Below, one piece after another: positions 1-12,688 of a DNA stretch of 64,000 nt (within the stretch, counting starts at the first letter, position 1; the number at the start of each line of letters is the position of its first letter). A model generated the notes under the pieces. It was not told where the DNA came from. It made no database searches and saw only the letters and a list, made by a program, of their open reading frames with translations. The position numbers and the translations under genes are program-made. Source of the stretch: Podarcis tiliguerta. Lineage: Eukaryota. The stretch lies in assembly GCA_965153285.1 (NCBI GenBank), contig OZ229115.1; one strand, 5' to 3'.

Positions 1-1393
1 ATAGAGTAACAACATTCAGTTGACTATATAATTAGTATTAGTCTCTTTTGATATAATGTCTGGATTAGCTGAATTGTTGTTCTCTTTGGAAAACATGGTA
101 TATCTTCTTTGCAGACTTACCTAAAAGAAATGTGTAAGCTTTGCGATTTTTAAAAAAGTGTCATAGAACTCAGGGAGTCCTCAAAGTTCAGAGTTGCAGT
201 AGAAAAATGCAAGGGGGCTCCCACCCAGAAGGGGCCTCTGCCCTAGACCCCTGTGTTTATGTGTATGTGTCACAGATCTCAGCATACCCAAGGGCTCTTG
301 TTTACCCTGCACCTTCTCAGATCTGCTTATTATCTTCCTGCAGTGTCTGTTTTCCCCATTACAAATTTCCCTGGAATACATTGTTCAGCAGGAAGTTGAA
401 CAGTGGCTCTCACCTGAAACAGCTGCAGTGTTTAAAGAAAAATAGAGAGGGAACCCACCCAGCAACAGAGGGAGAGATTTGCAGGTTGCAGGATCTGAAT
501 GCAGATAATCTATTACCCTGAAAAGTCTATAGGGCAAGATAAACAATACCGACAAGGTCTCCTTTGAATGCTGCATTTTCAGTCATGAGACATAAAATAG
601 CCTGGTGGTGCTTCCATTGCTTTGTTTGTCCCTGACTTCAAAGACCAGAAGAAAATATGTTTTTCCCTTTGTAGGCAGAGTTAGAACTTTCTTTTTAGCC
701 AAGAGAAGAGGGAAGGGGAGGGAGGGGGTTGTATTCAAACAAGAACTCCAAAGACAGCCATGGAGGAATTCTGTCCCTGTTACCAATTGCCCTCTATTTA
801 CTCAGGACGCATCTTTACAAGGTTAAATAAACACATCTAGAACCCCTCAGGGTGGGAAGCAAAGCTGTGGATGTTTTGAACAGAAGAATAGCTGACAGAG
901 GGAAAGTTTGGTACCCTTTTAATAGCTGCTTCTCTTGCTCAAAGTTGCAGCCTCCCAAGACTTAAGAAAGAAAGAAAAAAGCTGTTGGAGCATCTTTCCT
1001 ATGTAACATCTGGTGTCTTTTAGGTTCCAAATCTGCACTTACCTTTGCAACATTATGCAGTCATTTTCAGGATCTCCTACAAAAGGGTCTTAGGAAGCTG
1101 CCCTATGCAGACTGAGGCAATTTCTCCAACTAACTCAGTACTGTCCATAATGACTGGCCGTGGCTCTCAAAGGTTTAAGCAGGGGTTTATCCCAGCTCTA
1201 CCTGGAGATGCATGAGATTGAAGGATACCAAGGATAAATCACTCAGTCAATCACAGCTTCGAGATGAGTGTACTCATGTGAGATACACTCATGTCCATAG
1301 CGTTCCTACATCACATTTTTAGTTGTACACTGAGAAGCAAGCCCATATACATACATAGGCATAGGCTGATGGACTCCAACCTGAGCATGGGCA

Positions 1394-1419
1394 TACACAC
1401 ACACACACATATATATATA

Positions 1420-1460
<41 letters not shown>
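1394..1460. repeat. (CA)n(TA)n microsatellite
   Basis: Seen directly. Confidence 0.95.
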
Positions 1461-1462
<2 letters not shown>

Positions 1463-4400
1463 TCCCAGGAGTCCAAGGGATACATGGGATTACTCATCTG
1501 GGCACTAACCAGACCCAGAGCTAGCTTGCTTCAGCAAGGTGGGTATATAATGGACCAATGCAAATAGATGTTACCAGAAGTGGCTCAACAGGTGCGGCGG
1601 AGCTGCTACACTAGCTTCCTGGAAGGTGGGTCACTGTTGCCTACAGAGAGGGAGATTGGCATGGTGCAAATTCACCAGCTGAGCCAATCTGATACTTCTG
1701 CCCAGTTGATGTTTTCTCTGATTCAGCAGTAAACAGAGGGTTTTCCTGGAGAAAGTGGTGGAATAAAAGTGAAACCTCTGAGACAAACCATGCTGAGAAA
1801 TCTTGGGACAAATGGAAGTGAGAGAGACAGAGAGAAGGGGTGACTCCACCCGCTTTGGGCTCTGACCCTGCCCAACACTAGCTTCAGCCCTGTCCACAGT
1901 TAGCATGTGGCCCTTGATAGATCACTTCAATCCCTGGTCTGAAGCATCTTGGGAGCGCTTGATGCCACACATTCATAGGCAAACAGGTCCACAGATAGTA
2001 CATGAAGAGACAATACACCGGTATGTGAATATGTCTGCTGTGGAGTGAAGACCTATATGTTGTGATTGTGCAGAATTAATCTCCTGAACCTGAATACATC
2101 TCCACCCCACAAATACTAAGGCAAACGTGGGAATCCTGAATGTCTCACCAGTCCTTCCTCCAGCCTAGAATCACTTTGGGCTGACAAGCATTCTCAGCCA
2201 CAAGCTTGCCAAGCAACAGGCTCAAAGGTTAATTACACACTAATGAGTCCAGGCACAGTGTCTTTCAAGGCACCTATGGCTGTTCTTATCCCCTCTTTTG
2301 TTTAACAGCATGGAGAATAAAGTCAATTAATTAAGGACGCTTTGCTACAAGGAAGCAAGGACCCAACATCTTGTTTCACCTTGCTAATGAATTTGCGGCC
2401 CTGTTAGCTGGTGAACATCCTAGAGATTGCAACAATCATCTTTCACATCCGGTTAGGTCTGGCCATTCTAAACAGGGAGAGGACCCTCGTCTCAGGGTGG
2501 CTCCAGGCATTACGAGGAAGCACCTAGCAAAGGTGTAAAAGCAACATGTGCATCCAACATCTGAAGCACTGGCATGCACATTTTCCTCAAAGAAGTGCAT
2601 CTAGGACTCACTAAGAAAGCTTGGATTCTCAGCAGAATCAGGAATTCCCCAGCTTTGGACTATAGGTGAGAGGTTTGCAAGTTTCAGTGCTCATTCACAA
2701 AGCAGCAGCAACACTCCCTGCTCCTCAAAATCTTAGGAAGAAAGGTCTAACCTAGTTTTATTGGCATTTTAATGACCCTACAATTTGTTGCATGGACTAA
2801 GGCTCCCAGTGGACCTTCAGTAGACTCAGGTTCTGATACCTGTTGACACTTCCAGAAGGTCTGTTTATTGGGCATTCACTCTGATTTGTTTGCAGGGAGA
2901 TGATGCTGCGTCAAAACAAGTGTCATCCCGCACTTCCCAATGCTTTGTCCCATCACTTTCCTTTTCACAAAAGGCTGAACTTTAGAGGAAGTGGGTTTGT
3001 TGCGTGAGACCTCCCCCATCAGCTATATTTGCATGACTTGAATTTGCCATTATATTATTGACTCCTGCCTCAGATTGTGACAGAATGATAGCACCCTGAG
3101 TCTCCATGATAAATCTTAAAAGCAGAGAGGAAACACACAATCTGAACTGAAGAACCAGTATACAAGGAAGATGTGCTTAACTGTTCCCCAGGTTTCTGCT
3201 TCTCCACTAGTACATCTTTCTCCCAGACATAACTTTCATCTGTAATTGCTTCCTGTTCAGCACATCACTAATGAAGTCCCCATAACAGATCAATTCCTAT
3301 TTGAACCTGATGTTGGGGAGGGGCTTTAATGGCTGGGGGGGGTATTATTTTCTTCTTATTGGAAAATAGCATAATTTCACAATTAAAAAAAAAGAAAAGA
3401 AACCCTTTTGTGAGAGCAGAAGCAGAACATTAAGGGGTAGTTTATCAGCCATGTCCCAGCTACACTGAACAGGAAGCAATTAGATGCAACAAGAAGGAAG
3501 CTTTTAAGTAAAAGTACACTAGCCCTGGATTGTCTAGCATTGCAACTGTGCTTTAAGATGGGGACTTTGTGGATTGCCACAAATCAGGTCTGAAAAAAGA
3601 TGGGAGGATATCACAGAAAACTCTGGAATGCAACAGAATAGCCGTGCCATCTGGATTCTCTTTAAAGTGGGAAAGAAGGATAGCAAATCTGGTCAGTATA
3701 GAAGCAATCTCAGCCTTCCAGAAGAATCCCTATGTTTTGTAGCCCATGTCCCAGTCCTGTGCACACAATTACTTGAAAGGAAACCATATTGAAATCAATG
3801 GGGCTGACTTTCAAGTATTTAGTATTGTAAGGTAACCATCTGGAGTATGTCCCGCTGAACTCGCTGGGGCTCCCTTCCAGGCAGACCTACCTCCAACTAT
3901 TTTGTCTTGCTCTTTTTTGATCCAGCCTTGAAAAGGTTAAAACAGCAAAGAGGATTTTGAAAAGCATCGCTTCCAAAGCCAGACAGAAAGACAGAGATGG
4001 GAGAGGAACTCTGATGTCATGCAATGTTAGCCCAGCCATGGAATGTGCAGAGATGGGGCAAGGACGCCCCCACATGGAAAGCGTTTCCAGAAGACCCCTC
4101 TCAAGCTGGGTTGGCAGTGCTGCTGAATGCCTGGCAGGTCTCTCCTTGATTGTGGCTCAGATTCTTGGGAAAGGTTGGGGTTTAGTTTTTTAAAGGGAGT
4201 AGAGAATGGTCCCTTGTTCCTTTTCAAATGGCATTACAGCTCTCTGCTCTGGGTGATGCCGTATATTGTCGGCTGTATCAAGCTGGAAGGTGGCAAGGCA
4301 GAAGCTGCCGGCGAGGGGCGGGAGAAGGGGAAAGAAAAGCAGGAGGCAGGAGGGAAGGAGTGCCACGACTAACTGGTTTGATAACAAATTCACTGACACA

Positions 4401-5799
4401 GGGAACCGTCTTTTTTTTTTTCCCCTGATGCTGCCAATTCCTTTAACGATGCTGACTCTAAGGGCTCCGGAGGGAGAGGAACTTTGACTCCACAAAAAAC
4501 CCTTTACTGCAACAGAATTGCTTTATTTAAGGCTATGTTGGGCATGTTTAAATATTAAAGGCTGAGCAATAATGGATGGTGTTAGTTTAGACGGAAGAGG
4601 AGAAGCCACCTCCCAGAGCCCACATTCACCAAAGACTGACGGTAGAGAGAAAGAGTGTGTGTGTGTATTTGTGTGTGTGTGTTTTAAGAGGTTTTTCAGA
4701 GGATAGGGAAACCAAACAGTTTATTCTTCTCTCAGTTTCCTTTCAGAGCTATGCCAGATATCGCTTTTCTACTTTTTTAAAGGATGTCACTTCCATCAAA
4801 TTCTACAGCCCTATCACAAGAGCTATCACGGTGCATTTTACTTCTGAAGTTCTGGTTTAGTCATCTGTCATCTGATTGGAATCAGTGAATTTACACTGTG
4901 GTAAGAGAAAACGGAATTTACCCTAGAATTCTTCAGTTAAGAATTAGTATCAATACAGAAAGAGACGTTGCTTAGGATTCTCAGAAACAACAAAGGGTGA
5001 GCTGCTGTTTTAGGTTCTATCAGCAGTCCCCCCCCCCCAGCTCCTTTTGGAGAGCAAAACCTGCAAACTTGCAAATTCCCTCTTTTTTGGTGGTACTTGG
5101 CCTGCTTTCTTTCTCTTTGTTTAGTTTCTCCAAGGGGTTTGCGCAAGCAGAAATCGCAGTGACAGGTTCTCTGGTCATTTGAAGATGGCCCAGGGAGAGG
5201 GGCTGGAGGACATTCCATTTTGCCAGTGCACTCAGAACTTCAAGACAAGAGAGGTAATGTATTCTAAAAGGGATGGTCCTAATGTCAAGCTGTGTGAACG
5301 CTGATATAAAATGTACGCAGAGCCAAGTAGTACTAATGGAAGCCAGTATAACCCTGCTGCAAATTCTCACTACAGGGAATCTGCAGATTTTGGGGTTTTT
5401 TGCTGTGGTTCAGAAGGTGCTGCCAGAACACACCAGATGTGAACCATGTCCAAATGTTGTTTTTTGAACCCTTGCAACATTGCGCAAAAAAACTTGATGC
5501 TGCAACAGACTAGGCCACTCTGCATCTTCCCTTTCATCATTTATACCAGGGATGGGGACAGGGCCGGATTTAGATGAAGAGAGGCCCCAGGCTACTCCAT
5601 TTGTGAGGCCCCTCCCCCCACCCTCACAACTAGAAGAAAATGGAAGAGTGTTATAAACAAAATTGAGTGAAGCCAAGGATGATGACAGGTATTTAAAATT
5701 CTACAATTCACAGTTTCTCCCCTAAAGGACATAAGATATTATTGTTAAATACCATGGTGATTTTTAAAAATGCATAAAATTAACACTGAAAAACTTTTG

Positions 5800-6033
5800 C
5801 CATAACTGAACTTTGTAAACCTTTTGTGGCCTGGGAAGGCTTGGAACAGGTTCCCATGTTTTGTTCCTCTCTAAGGTATTAAGTTCAGCCTTCATGGAAT
5901 TTAACCACAGCTCAGCATCCTCTGAGGTTAAACTTTGGACCTCTTGGAAGCTTGAAGGTTCCCAAACTTTCTCTGAGCTACTAACAACAGCTGTTTCTGC
6001 TATGACTATTTTAGCAAACTCTTTGGCATACCT

Positions 6034-6064
<31 letters not shown>

Positions 6065-6365
6065 AAGAGGAGGAGGAGGAGGAGTTTGGATTTGATATCC
6101 CGCCTTTCACTCCCTTTCAGGAGTCTCAAAGCGGCTAACATTCTCCTTTCCCTTCCTCCCCCACAACAAACACTCTGTGAGGTGAGTGGGGCTGAGAGAC
6201 TTCAAAGAAGTGTGCCTGGCCCAAGGTCACCCAGCAGCTGCATGTGGAGGAGCGGAGACGCGAACCCGGTTCCCCAGATAACGAGACTACCGCTCTTAAC
6301 CACTACACCACACTGGCTCTCGTAACTGGGTGGTTTACTATTTGTGGCCCTTTCAGATCTGCACA
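5800..6365 (-). mobile_element. Ty1/copia LTR retrotransposon pol fragment (integrase-RT linker and RT N-terminus), interrupted by a SINE
   Basis: RSERATNSKPP (6360-6328) [SINE] RY...EPSSFQEV...WLNSMKAELNTLERNKTWEPVPSLP...W resembles the copia RRSxR..PxRY...EPxS..EA...WxxAMxxE..L..NxTW..V..P motif. Confidence 0.75.
6034..6321 (-). mobile_element. tRNA-derived CORE SINE (Squam3-like) with (CTT)n tail
   Basis: Minus-strand head GAGAGCCAGTGTGGTGTAGTGGTTAAGAGCGG (A box) and GGTTCGCGTCT (B box), CORE-like GGGTGACCTTGGGC, (CTC/CTT)n tail; near-identical to the copy at 13527-13778. Confidence 0.88.
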
Positions 6366-7496
6366 CTATATTCCATGCTAGGTGCCTATGGCCTGCCCAG
6401 GCTGGGTCATCCTCTTATATACCTGCTAGGATCGACAAGGCATCTGACCCTCACCTGAATCTTGTAGCTCTCCTGTAGCTGCCTCTGATTAGTTATCATT
6501 TAACTCTTGGGGGAAATAATTAGCATCACACGTCATGTGCATGGAAGTTGTCAAACCAGTTAACCAACTAGAAGGATAATTGTTAATGCTGCCATCTAGT
6601 TACACTGCTGCAGATGCACTCCTCCCAGCAGTCATTCCTCCTCTGGTCACTGCTGTGACTGCCTGTCTCCAGACCCTGCAAAGGGTTCACACACAGCGGA
6701 GTTAATGTTGCCAGACTTTATATCATGTGAGCAGACATATTTGTAAAGCAGTGTTAGTCTGCCAATGGGACCTACCCATTCTATTTCTTATGCTAACTTG
6801 AGACATTATGGGGTTTAACTGTAAGCGAGCTTGGGATTTTTGAGAGTTGGGAAGGACTGGAGTTCTTCGCTTCCCCTCCCCCCACTTTCGAACATGGAGC
6901 TGGTGTGATATAAGGAACAAGTGAAAGGGAAGAACTGTGTCCTCTATGCTCTTTGGAGAAAGGAGGATATAGAAATGTTAAATATAAGTAAATAAGGACC
7001 TTCCCCTAATAATTACACCACAACAGAGTTCTCTTTTCAACTGGGATCTTACACTGTACTGTAGCATGCATAGCATAATAGTTAATTTAGCTCTATGAAG
7101 GAAGATTACAAGGAAGGGGGGAAGCAAAATAAAGCACACATTGTACGTGTGTGTCATAATATTGTAAATATGCTGCTGTAGCAATGAGACCAGAATTAGC
7201 TGTTGCTGAATGCTGTGCAAAGCCAGCTTTCCTGGAAATGTAAAAGTACTGCATGATAAGGGGAAGAGGAGAGAGCCATTTCGAAGCTGCAAGCAAAGAC
7301 CTGTACCTACAACAAAAGCTGGTGGAATCCAGACAAGAGAACTCTTTCTGCCACATGTCCTTGAAGCTTCTGGTGCTGCTGATGAACTATTGTTGAAGAC
7401 TGAGCAGTGAGTTAGATGGGCATGAGGCTGGGCTTGTAAAGCTCATGCTGCAATTATGCTGCTGCATGATCTATTTTTAATATCCTCTTCTCACTG

Positions 7497-7651
7497 GAAC
7501 TTTGCTTCAGGATGAGAACAGAAATCATGCTCCAGCAGTGCAGCGGCAGCAGGAGGCCCCATTAGCTAAAGCGGTGCTTCAGGTTAAGAACAGTTTCAAG
7601 TTAAGAACGGACCTCAGGAACAAATTAAGTACTTAACCAGAGGTACCACTG
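7497..7651. mobile_element. Truncated copy of the same Tc1/pogo MITE
   Basis: Ends in GAGGTACCACTG|TA; reverse-complement similarity to the left half of 14987-15201. Confidence 0.75.
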
Positions 7652-8474
7652 TATATGTAGTATATTTGTTCACATCATGCATACTCTGCAAAAGATCTGA
7701 AAACTCAAGCTTTGGAAATATATTCCTAGTATGGATTCATTCAGCTCATCCACAAAAGTGTCTTGCCCACCAGATGTTGTCCAGGGATTGAACAGCTGAA
7801 GGATTCAAATTGCAGAAACAAGGAGAAAGGACAATAGGACTTCACCCATCAGCCCAGGGAACCATTGGAACCAACTACTTTTCAAGCAAGAACACCGGCA
7901 AGGGAAGATCAGTCTGCCCCAAACTGGATATAGATGCCCACTTGAAGCTTACATCTTCATTCTGGCCTTGGAGATACTTTTCCTTTACCGTGTGTGATCC
8001 CCCCCCTTTTTTTGTTGTTGTTGTTGTAAGTCTGATGACAGGCCCCATCTTTAAACAGTCATGGCTTCCCCCCAAATAATCCTGAGAAGAGCAGTTTGTT
8101 AAGGATGCTGAGAATTGTTAGGAGATTCCAATTCTCCTCACAGAGCTACAATTCTCAGAGCACCCTGGAAAGATAGATTGGTTGTTAAACGACTCTGGAA
8201 ATTGTAGCTCTGTAGGGCAAATAAGAGTTTCCTAACAACTCCCAGCATCCTTAACAAACTACAGTTTCTGGTATTATCTGTTTATAATGTTATGGTACTG
8301 CTTGAAATGTGTACAGCAGATGGGGTCTCTTTCTTTACTGACATGAGCTGCTTTGCAAGACAATAATTGTCTGGAAAGGGGTATAAAAAACAAACTCAAC
8401 AAAATAAAGAAAAATGCTATTTCTTGGCATGCATAGAAAAGAGGCAAACATTCTCCTCCTTTGTACTGCTGCTG

Positions 8475-8480
8475 TTTATT
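8475..8480 (-). terminator. Candidate distal polyadenylation signal (minus-strand transcript, probably RH2)
   Basis: AATAAA preceded by TGTAAATA (8730-8723) and TGTACATA (8561-8554) and followed by a T/GT-rich tract (about 8415-8385). Confidence 0.5.
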
Positions 8481-10578
8481 CTTTTCTCTCTCTTTTTCCA
8501 ATCTCTACTTTCCAACTTTACAAAGTCATCACTGATATAAGTTATTTATAAAATATGTACAGAAAATTGCCACAGTAGTCATTCCGCCCTTTATAGTCCG
8601 TTCGGCTCATAAACCAAATGTCATAGCAAAAGACGCTTCCTCTGCCTTGGGGGTGGGTCGGGAGGGATAAAGAGCTTGTTGTCAAACAAAAAACCAGAAA
8701 GATTTCAAAGCCTGCAAGCAAATATTTACAGGTTTCAAGACAAAAAGCTATCTATGGTGCCATTTTGAGGATATAGAGGTTTGTGCAAGACTCAGAACTC
8801 TGTACAGTTCCATTTGTTATAATGATTTATCAGTGATATGTATATTGATTTCCATCATCCTTACACTTACAGCAAGAATGCACAACTCAGATGACTTTGC
8901 ATTCATTTTCTTGTACTTAGAAAAGAGTGAAAGAGACAGTTCTGGATTCATGGCTCCATGTTTTATCGATACAAATGGATGCCTTGAAAATAGCCCCTGA
9001 ATCTTGTGTAACTTCAGAAACACACTGAATACCTTCCAGAAAGAGAAAAATTCAGTTCAATAATCCTTTGAGGCTTTCATAATTTGCATACAACGTGTGC
9101 CTTCAAGAGGATTCAGAATACAAAGAAGCTAGGCTTGTCATCTTTGGGTCCAGCTGGAATGGACTCTGGAACCTGCCCACCACCACAAGGAAAATACAAA
9201 TATGAAGTGTGTTTCTTCCTCCTAGAAACAATGTGTTTGTGCCTTCTAATAGGATTCAGTGAGTAACAAACAGCTTGAGTGAAGATGATGTCTTTAATCA
9301 GTCAATAAAGCAAGTTAAGCACGGATAGTGACAAAGGGCAAAGCTACCTGTCTTCTTGGTTTTTATGGCAATATTTTTACTTTGTTGTTGTTTTCTTTTA
9401 CCTTGGGTGGCATCTGGGCTGGCTGGAAAGAGACGTGTAGGCCTCCAGCAACCCTGCCACCTTCCCTTCCTTTCCTTTCCCAATTTTTATAGTAAAATAA
9501 GGTAAAGCAGCTGGAGGCCAGTACTTTGCTTTCCAGCCTCTCTTGTCTAAAACTCTGTGGGAGGGACCTGGCCTGGTAAGCTTGGGTGATGCTACCATGT
9601 CTGTGTGTTGTCTGTGTGTTGTTTTGTGTTGTTTGTTATAGGATGCTTGTTTTTGTTTTCTTTGGGGGTACCTTGTCTACGTTTTGTGAGGGATTGGGTG
9701 TGTTTGTTTTGAGGCAGAGGTGTCTTGCCTGTTGTTTTTTAGTGTGTATGTGTGTTACCTGTTTTGGGGTGTGGGCAATTTGTCTGCTTATTGGGGGGGC
9801 TGCCTGTTTTGTTGTTTTGTTTGGGCTAGATGCTTTGCCTTTTTTTAGTTTCTCACACAAATTATTATAACCAGGCTGGTTCCCAATGCAGCCATTTTGT
9901 CATGGTATCCATGACTTTATCAGATTGCCACATGTGCCTTTGGAACCCAGAAAAGTTGGAAGACCCTGAACTAAAAGCAGCTATCCAGAAACAAAGTGTT
10001 GTTCCATTGGGTTAAAAGCAACTACTGTGATAATTCACCCTTTTCCTTCCTTTCCTCCCTTCCAGCAGACGTTGGTGAAAATGTGGAAAGCTGAACCTAC
10101 AGCTCAGGTGGTTGTTCCAATCTTTGTCCTCAAAGCACACAGAAAGCAAATCATACCATTCCTTAGCTGTAACCACCGTTGAATGAAATGCAGAGATTGC
10201 TTCTTGATCTGATATTCTAGCCTTCCCTTGTGCTACATAGTTTAGTTCCATGGTGAAGTGGTAAAAAGTATGGATGGATAAGTCTGTTTCTGCTCCATGT
10301 TAGTAACACATGCATTCCTTCATAAATTCATTCATAAATCACATGCGATCCATTTCTGCATCAATTTGCATTTTAAAAACCTGCACGAAAGTTCACATAT
10401 AACCTTTTTTTCACAAGACACACATTTCTGGATACATTTCAACCTTAAATAGGCATTTTTAAACACATTCTGGTATATATATTTCTCTGGGTTTCTTTTT
10501 TAGTGAAAAACTGCATCTCAAAATCTGGAGAAGTGTTAAAACCTAAGAATAACTGCATTCTGTAAGCAGAAGTTATTA

Positions 10579-10815
10579 CAGTAAGCCCGCAACTTACATG
10601 GGGGTTGCATTTCGGGGATAGCACCTAAAGTCAAAATCGCATATAGTCAAAACACATTGGGCACAATGGCAGGTAGAATGCCAAAGGATTTTTCCCCCAG
10701 TCTGGGCTCCTTTCCACCCTTTATTTATTTATTTATTTATTTATTTATTTTAAAATGCCAAGTGTGCAAAGTTAAATGCACACAAGTTAAATGTACATAA
10801 GTTGTGGGCTTACTG
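10579..10815. mobile_element. Tc1/pogo-type MITE (second family)
   Basis: TIRs CAGTAAGCCCGCAACTTA / TAAGTTGTGGGCTTACTG; TA on the left, CA on the right; internal (TTTA)n. Confidence 0.78.
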
Positions 10816-11178
10816 CATTTGTTCATTTAAAAAACCTCAGTACCTAGAAATGAACCTGTGTGGCCCCTTAAGTGATCTAGCAATCTTCCTATAAGAACAA
10901 TAGCCGGGAGCTGCTGATTCCTAATGTCAGTCTCAATACGGACATCTTCTCTGGCTTTGTTTCAAATGGAGGCAGTTGCACACAGCACTTAAAGCATTAA
11001 GCATTGCTAAGAAGGCAGAGCTGAGCTGCGTGCCAAGCTTCACCATTTTGGCCAAATACCACACCCCTGCACTGCCATGCACATTTGTTTGACCAAGTTT
11101 GACCCCAGTGTGCCTTGACCTAACAAGTCAGTTCCTCCCGCCCCCACCATCATCAACATCCAGTGACATGGAGAACAT

Positions 11179-11184
11179 TTTATT
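11179..11184 (-). terminator. Candidate proximal RH2 polyadenylation signal
   Basis: First AATAAA I found downstream of the RH2 stop (about 600 nt), followed by GT-rich sequence on the minus strand. Confidence 0.45.
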
Positions 11185-11352
11185 TCCTTTTCTTTGTCTG
11201 TGCAAGTGAGCAGACAAGCTTTGTTTTGACTGTGTGTCCAACAGGGAGGTGTGAGTCGACAGGGCCTTTGTAAAAACTGCAGTTCTCATGTACAAACAAC
11301 ACAAATAAATGTGATGAGGAGCATATCCATTTCCACAAATGTGTGCTGAATA

Positions 11353-11508
11353 CATAGAATCATAGAATCGTAATGTTGGAAGGGTCCATCTACAGAGTCA
11401 TCTAGTGTGTCCCCCCCCCCCTGCAATGCTGGAATCTTTTGCCCAACGTGGGGCTTAAACCCAGGACCCTGAGATTAGAGTCTCATGCTGTACCGACTGA
11501 GCGATCCC
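11353..11508 (-). mobile_element. tRNA-Lys-derived SINE with CR1-type (ATTCTATG) tail in RH2 3'UTR
   Basis: Minus strand GGGATCGCTCAGTCGGTACAGCATGAGACTCTAATCTCAGGGTCCTGGGTTTAAGCCCCACGTTGGGC resembles tRNA-Lys(CTT); ends in GATTCTATGATTCTATG. Confidence 0.8.
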
Positions 11509-11788
11509 AGGTTTCATGGGCAGGTATTTGCCCAGAGGAATGCTTGCACAAATGGTTATAGGATGCACACAACTATTGCAGAGAGGGAATTACATAGATT
11601 ACAAGTAGATACCATCAAAAGGGTTATGCTAGACTGTGCACTCCTGTATGTGTGTGGCATACAACATTTGTGCATAAAAGAAAAATTGGGTGAGAGGAAC
11701 TCATAAACCAGAGCTCAGTTGAGTGAGCCCATTTCCATTTCCTGGTCCCAAAGTGTGGCAGGTCACCAAAGGTCAAACTGTCCATAGC

Positions 11789-11920
11789 CTATGCAGGTGA
11801 CACTTGGCTGGAGGAGATAGAGGATACCTCAGTTTTGCTTTGGGATACAGTTGATGAGACATCATCGTCCCCAAAGGGGTTCTTGCCGCAGCAGATTGTG
11901 GTGATCATGCAATTACGGAA
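11789..11920 (-). CDS. RH2: RH2 exon 5, coding part (132 bp incl. TAG)
   Basis: Polypyrimidine tract plus CAG| acceptor; hand translation gives [43 protein letters not shown]. Exons sum to 1068 nt = 355 aa + stop. Absent from the supplied ORF track. Confidence 0.97.
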   Translation of the reverse strand, partial: FRNCMITTICCGKNPFGDDDVSSTVSQSKTEVSSISSSQVSPA

Positions 11921-12448
11921 CTGGAAAGAGAAAAAGAGAACAGAGATGCTCTGGAACAATTAATGTGTACCACACAGTCAGAGAAGCTCAGCTGCAAGGG
12001 AGATATTCTGGTAGAAAGCAGAGGGTCTCTGCATTCCTCGTTGGGCTGTCAACTCTAGGCATATTAACCGTCATCACAAATATGTGTTTTCAGAGAAGCA
12101 ACTCAATGGCAGTATGACATTCCAAGTAACTCTAGGTAGCAGAATAAGATACACTATTGCATCCACTTGGACTTTGGACTTGGTTAGCAGGAATTGACGT
12201 TAACTGATATCCACTGAGATTTAATTGTTTTCATGTTCCCCCTTTGACACAGACATTTAACAGGAGAGCTATATTAACATTCAAAACTGTAATGTCCGAA
12301 ACCTGCAAATGAGGACTTCTAACACCACCTGGGGTTGAGGTTATTATTTAAGAGAGGCATATGCAATGTTTTAAGTTCATAGAAGTTGGGAATGGAGTTT
12401 ATTGGAGGGGAAGTCGAGTTCATTTCCCGATTTGGGGGGGAATCTCAC

Positions 12449-12688
12449 CTGTTTGTTCATGAGGACATAGATGATGGGATTGTAGAGGGACGAGCTCTTT
12501 GAGAAGAAGGCAGGCACTGACATGAGCGTAGCAGAAAAGTCTGCCCCTTTGTTGGTGAAGATCCAGAATGCCACGACGGCATAGGGTGTCCAGGCAAGCA
12601 TAAACCCTAGCACCATCAAGATCACCATGCGGGTAACTTCTTTCTCTGCCTTCTGGGTGCTTGCAGACTCTTGCTGCTGAGCAGCTGC
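12449..12688 (-). CDS. RH2: RH2 exon 4 (240 bp)
   Basis: CCCAG| acceptor, |GTGAG donor; encodes [21 protein letters not shown]...AFFSK296[16 protein letters not shown] (retinal-binding lysine, NPxxY). Confidence 0.98.

Noticed and set aside
5861-6325. 154-aa ORF with poly-K/R, and the similar ORF at 13543-13911
   Set aside because: Antisense reading of the SINE and its (AAG)n tail.
11440-11508. tRNA-Lys gene
   Set aside because: Degenerate anticodon loop and T arm, and fused to a CR1-type tail, so it is a SINE head.
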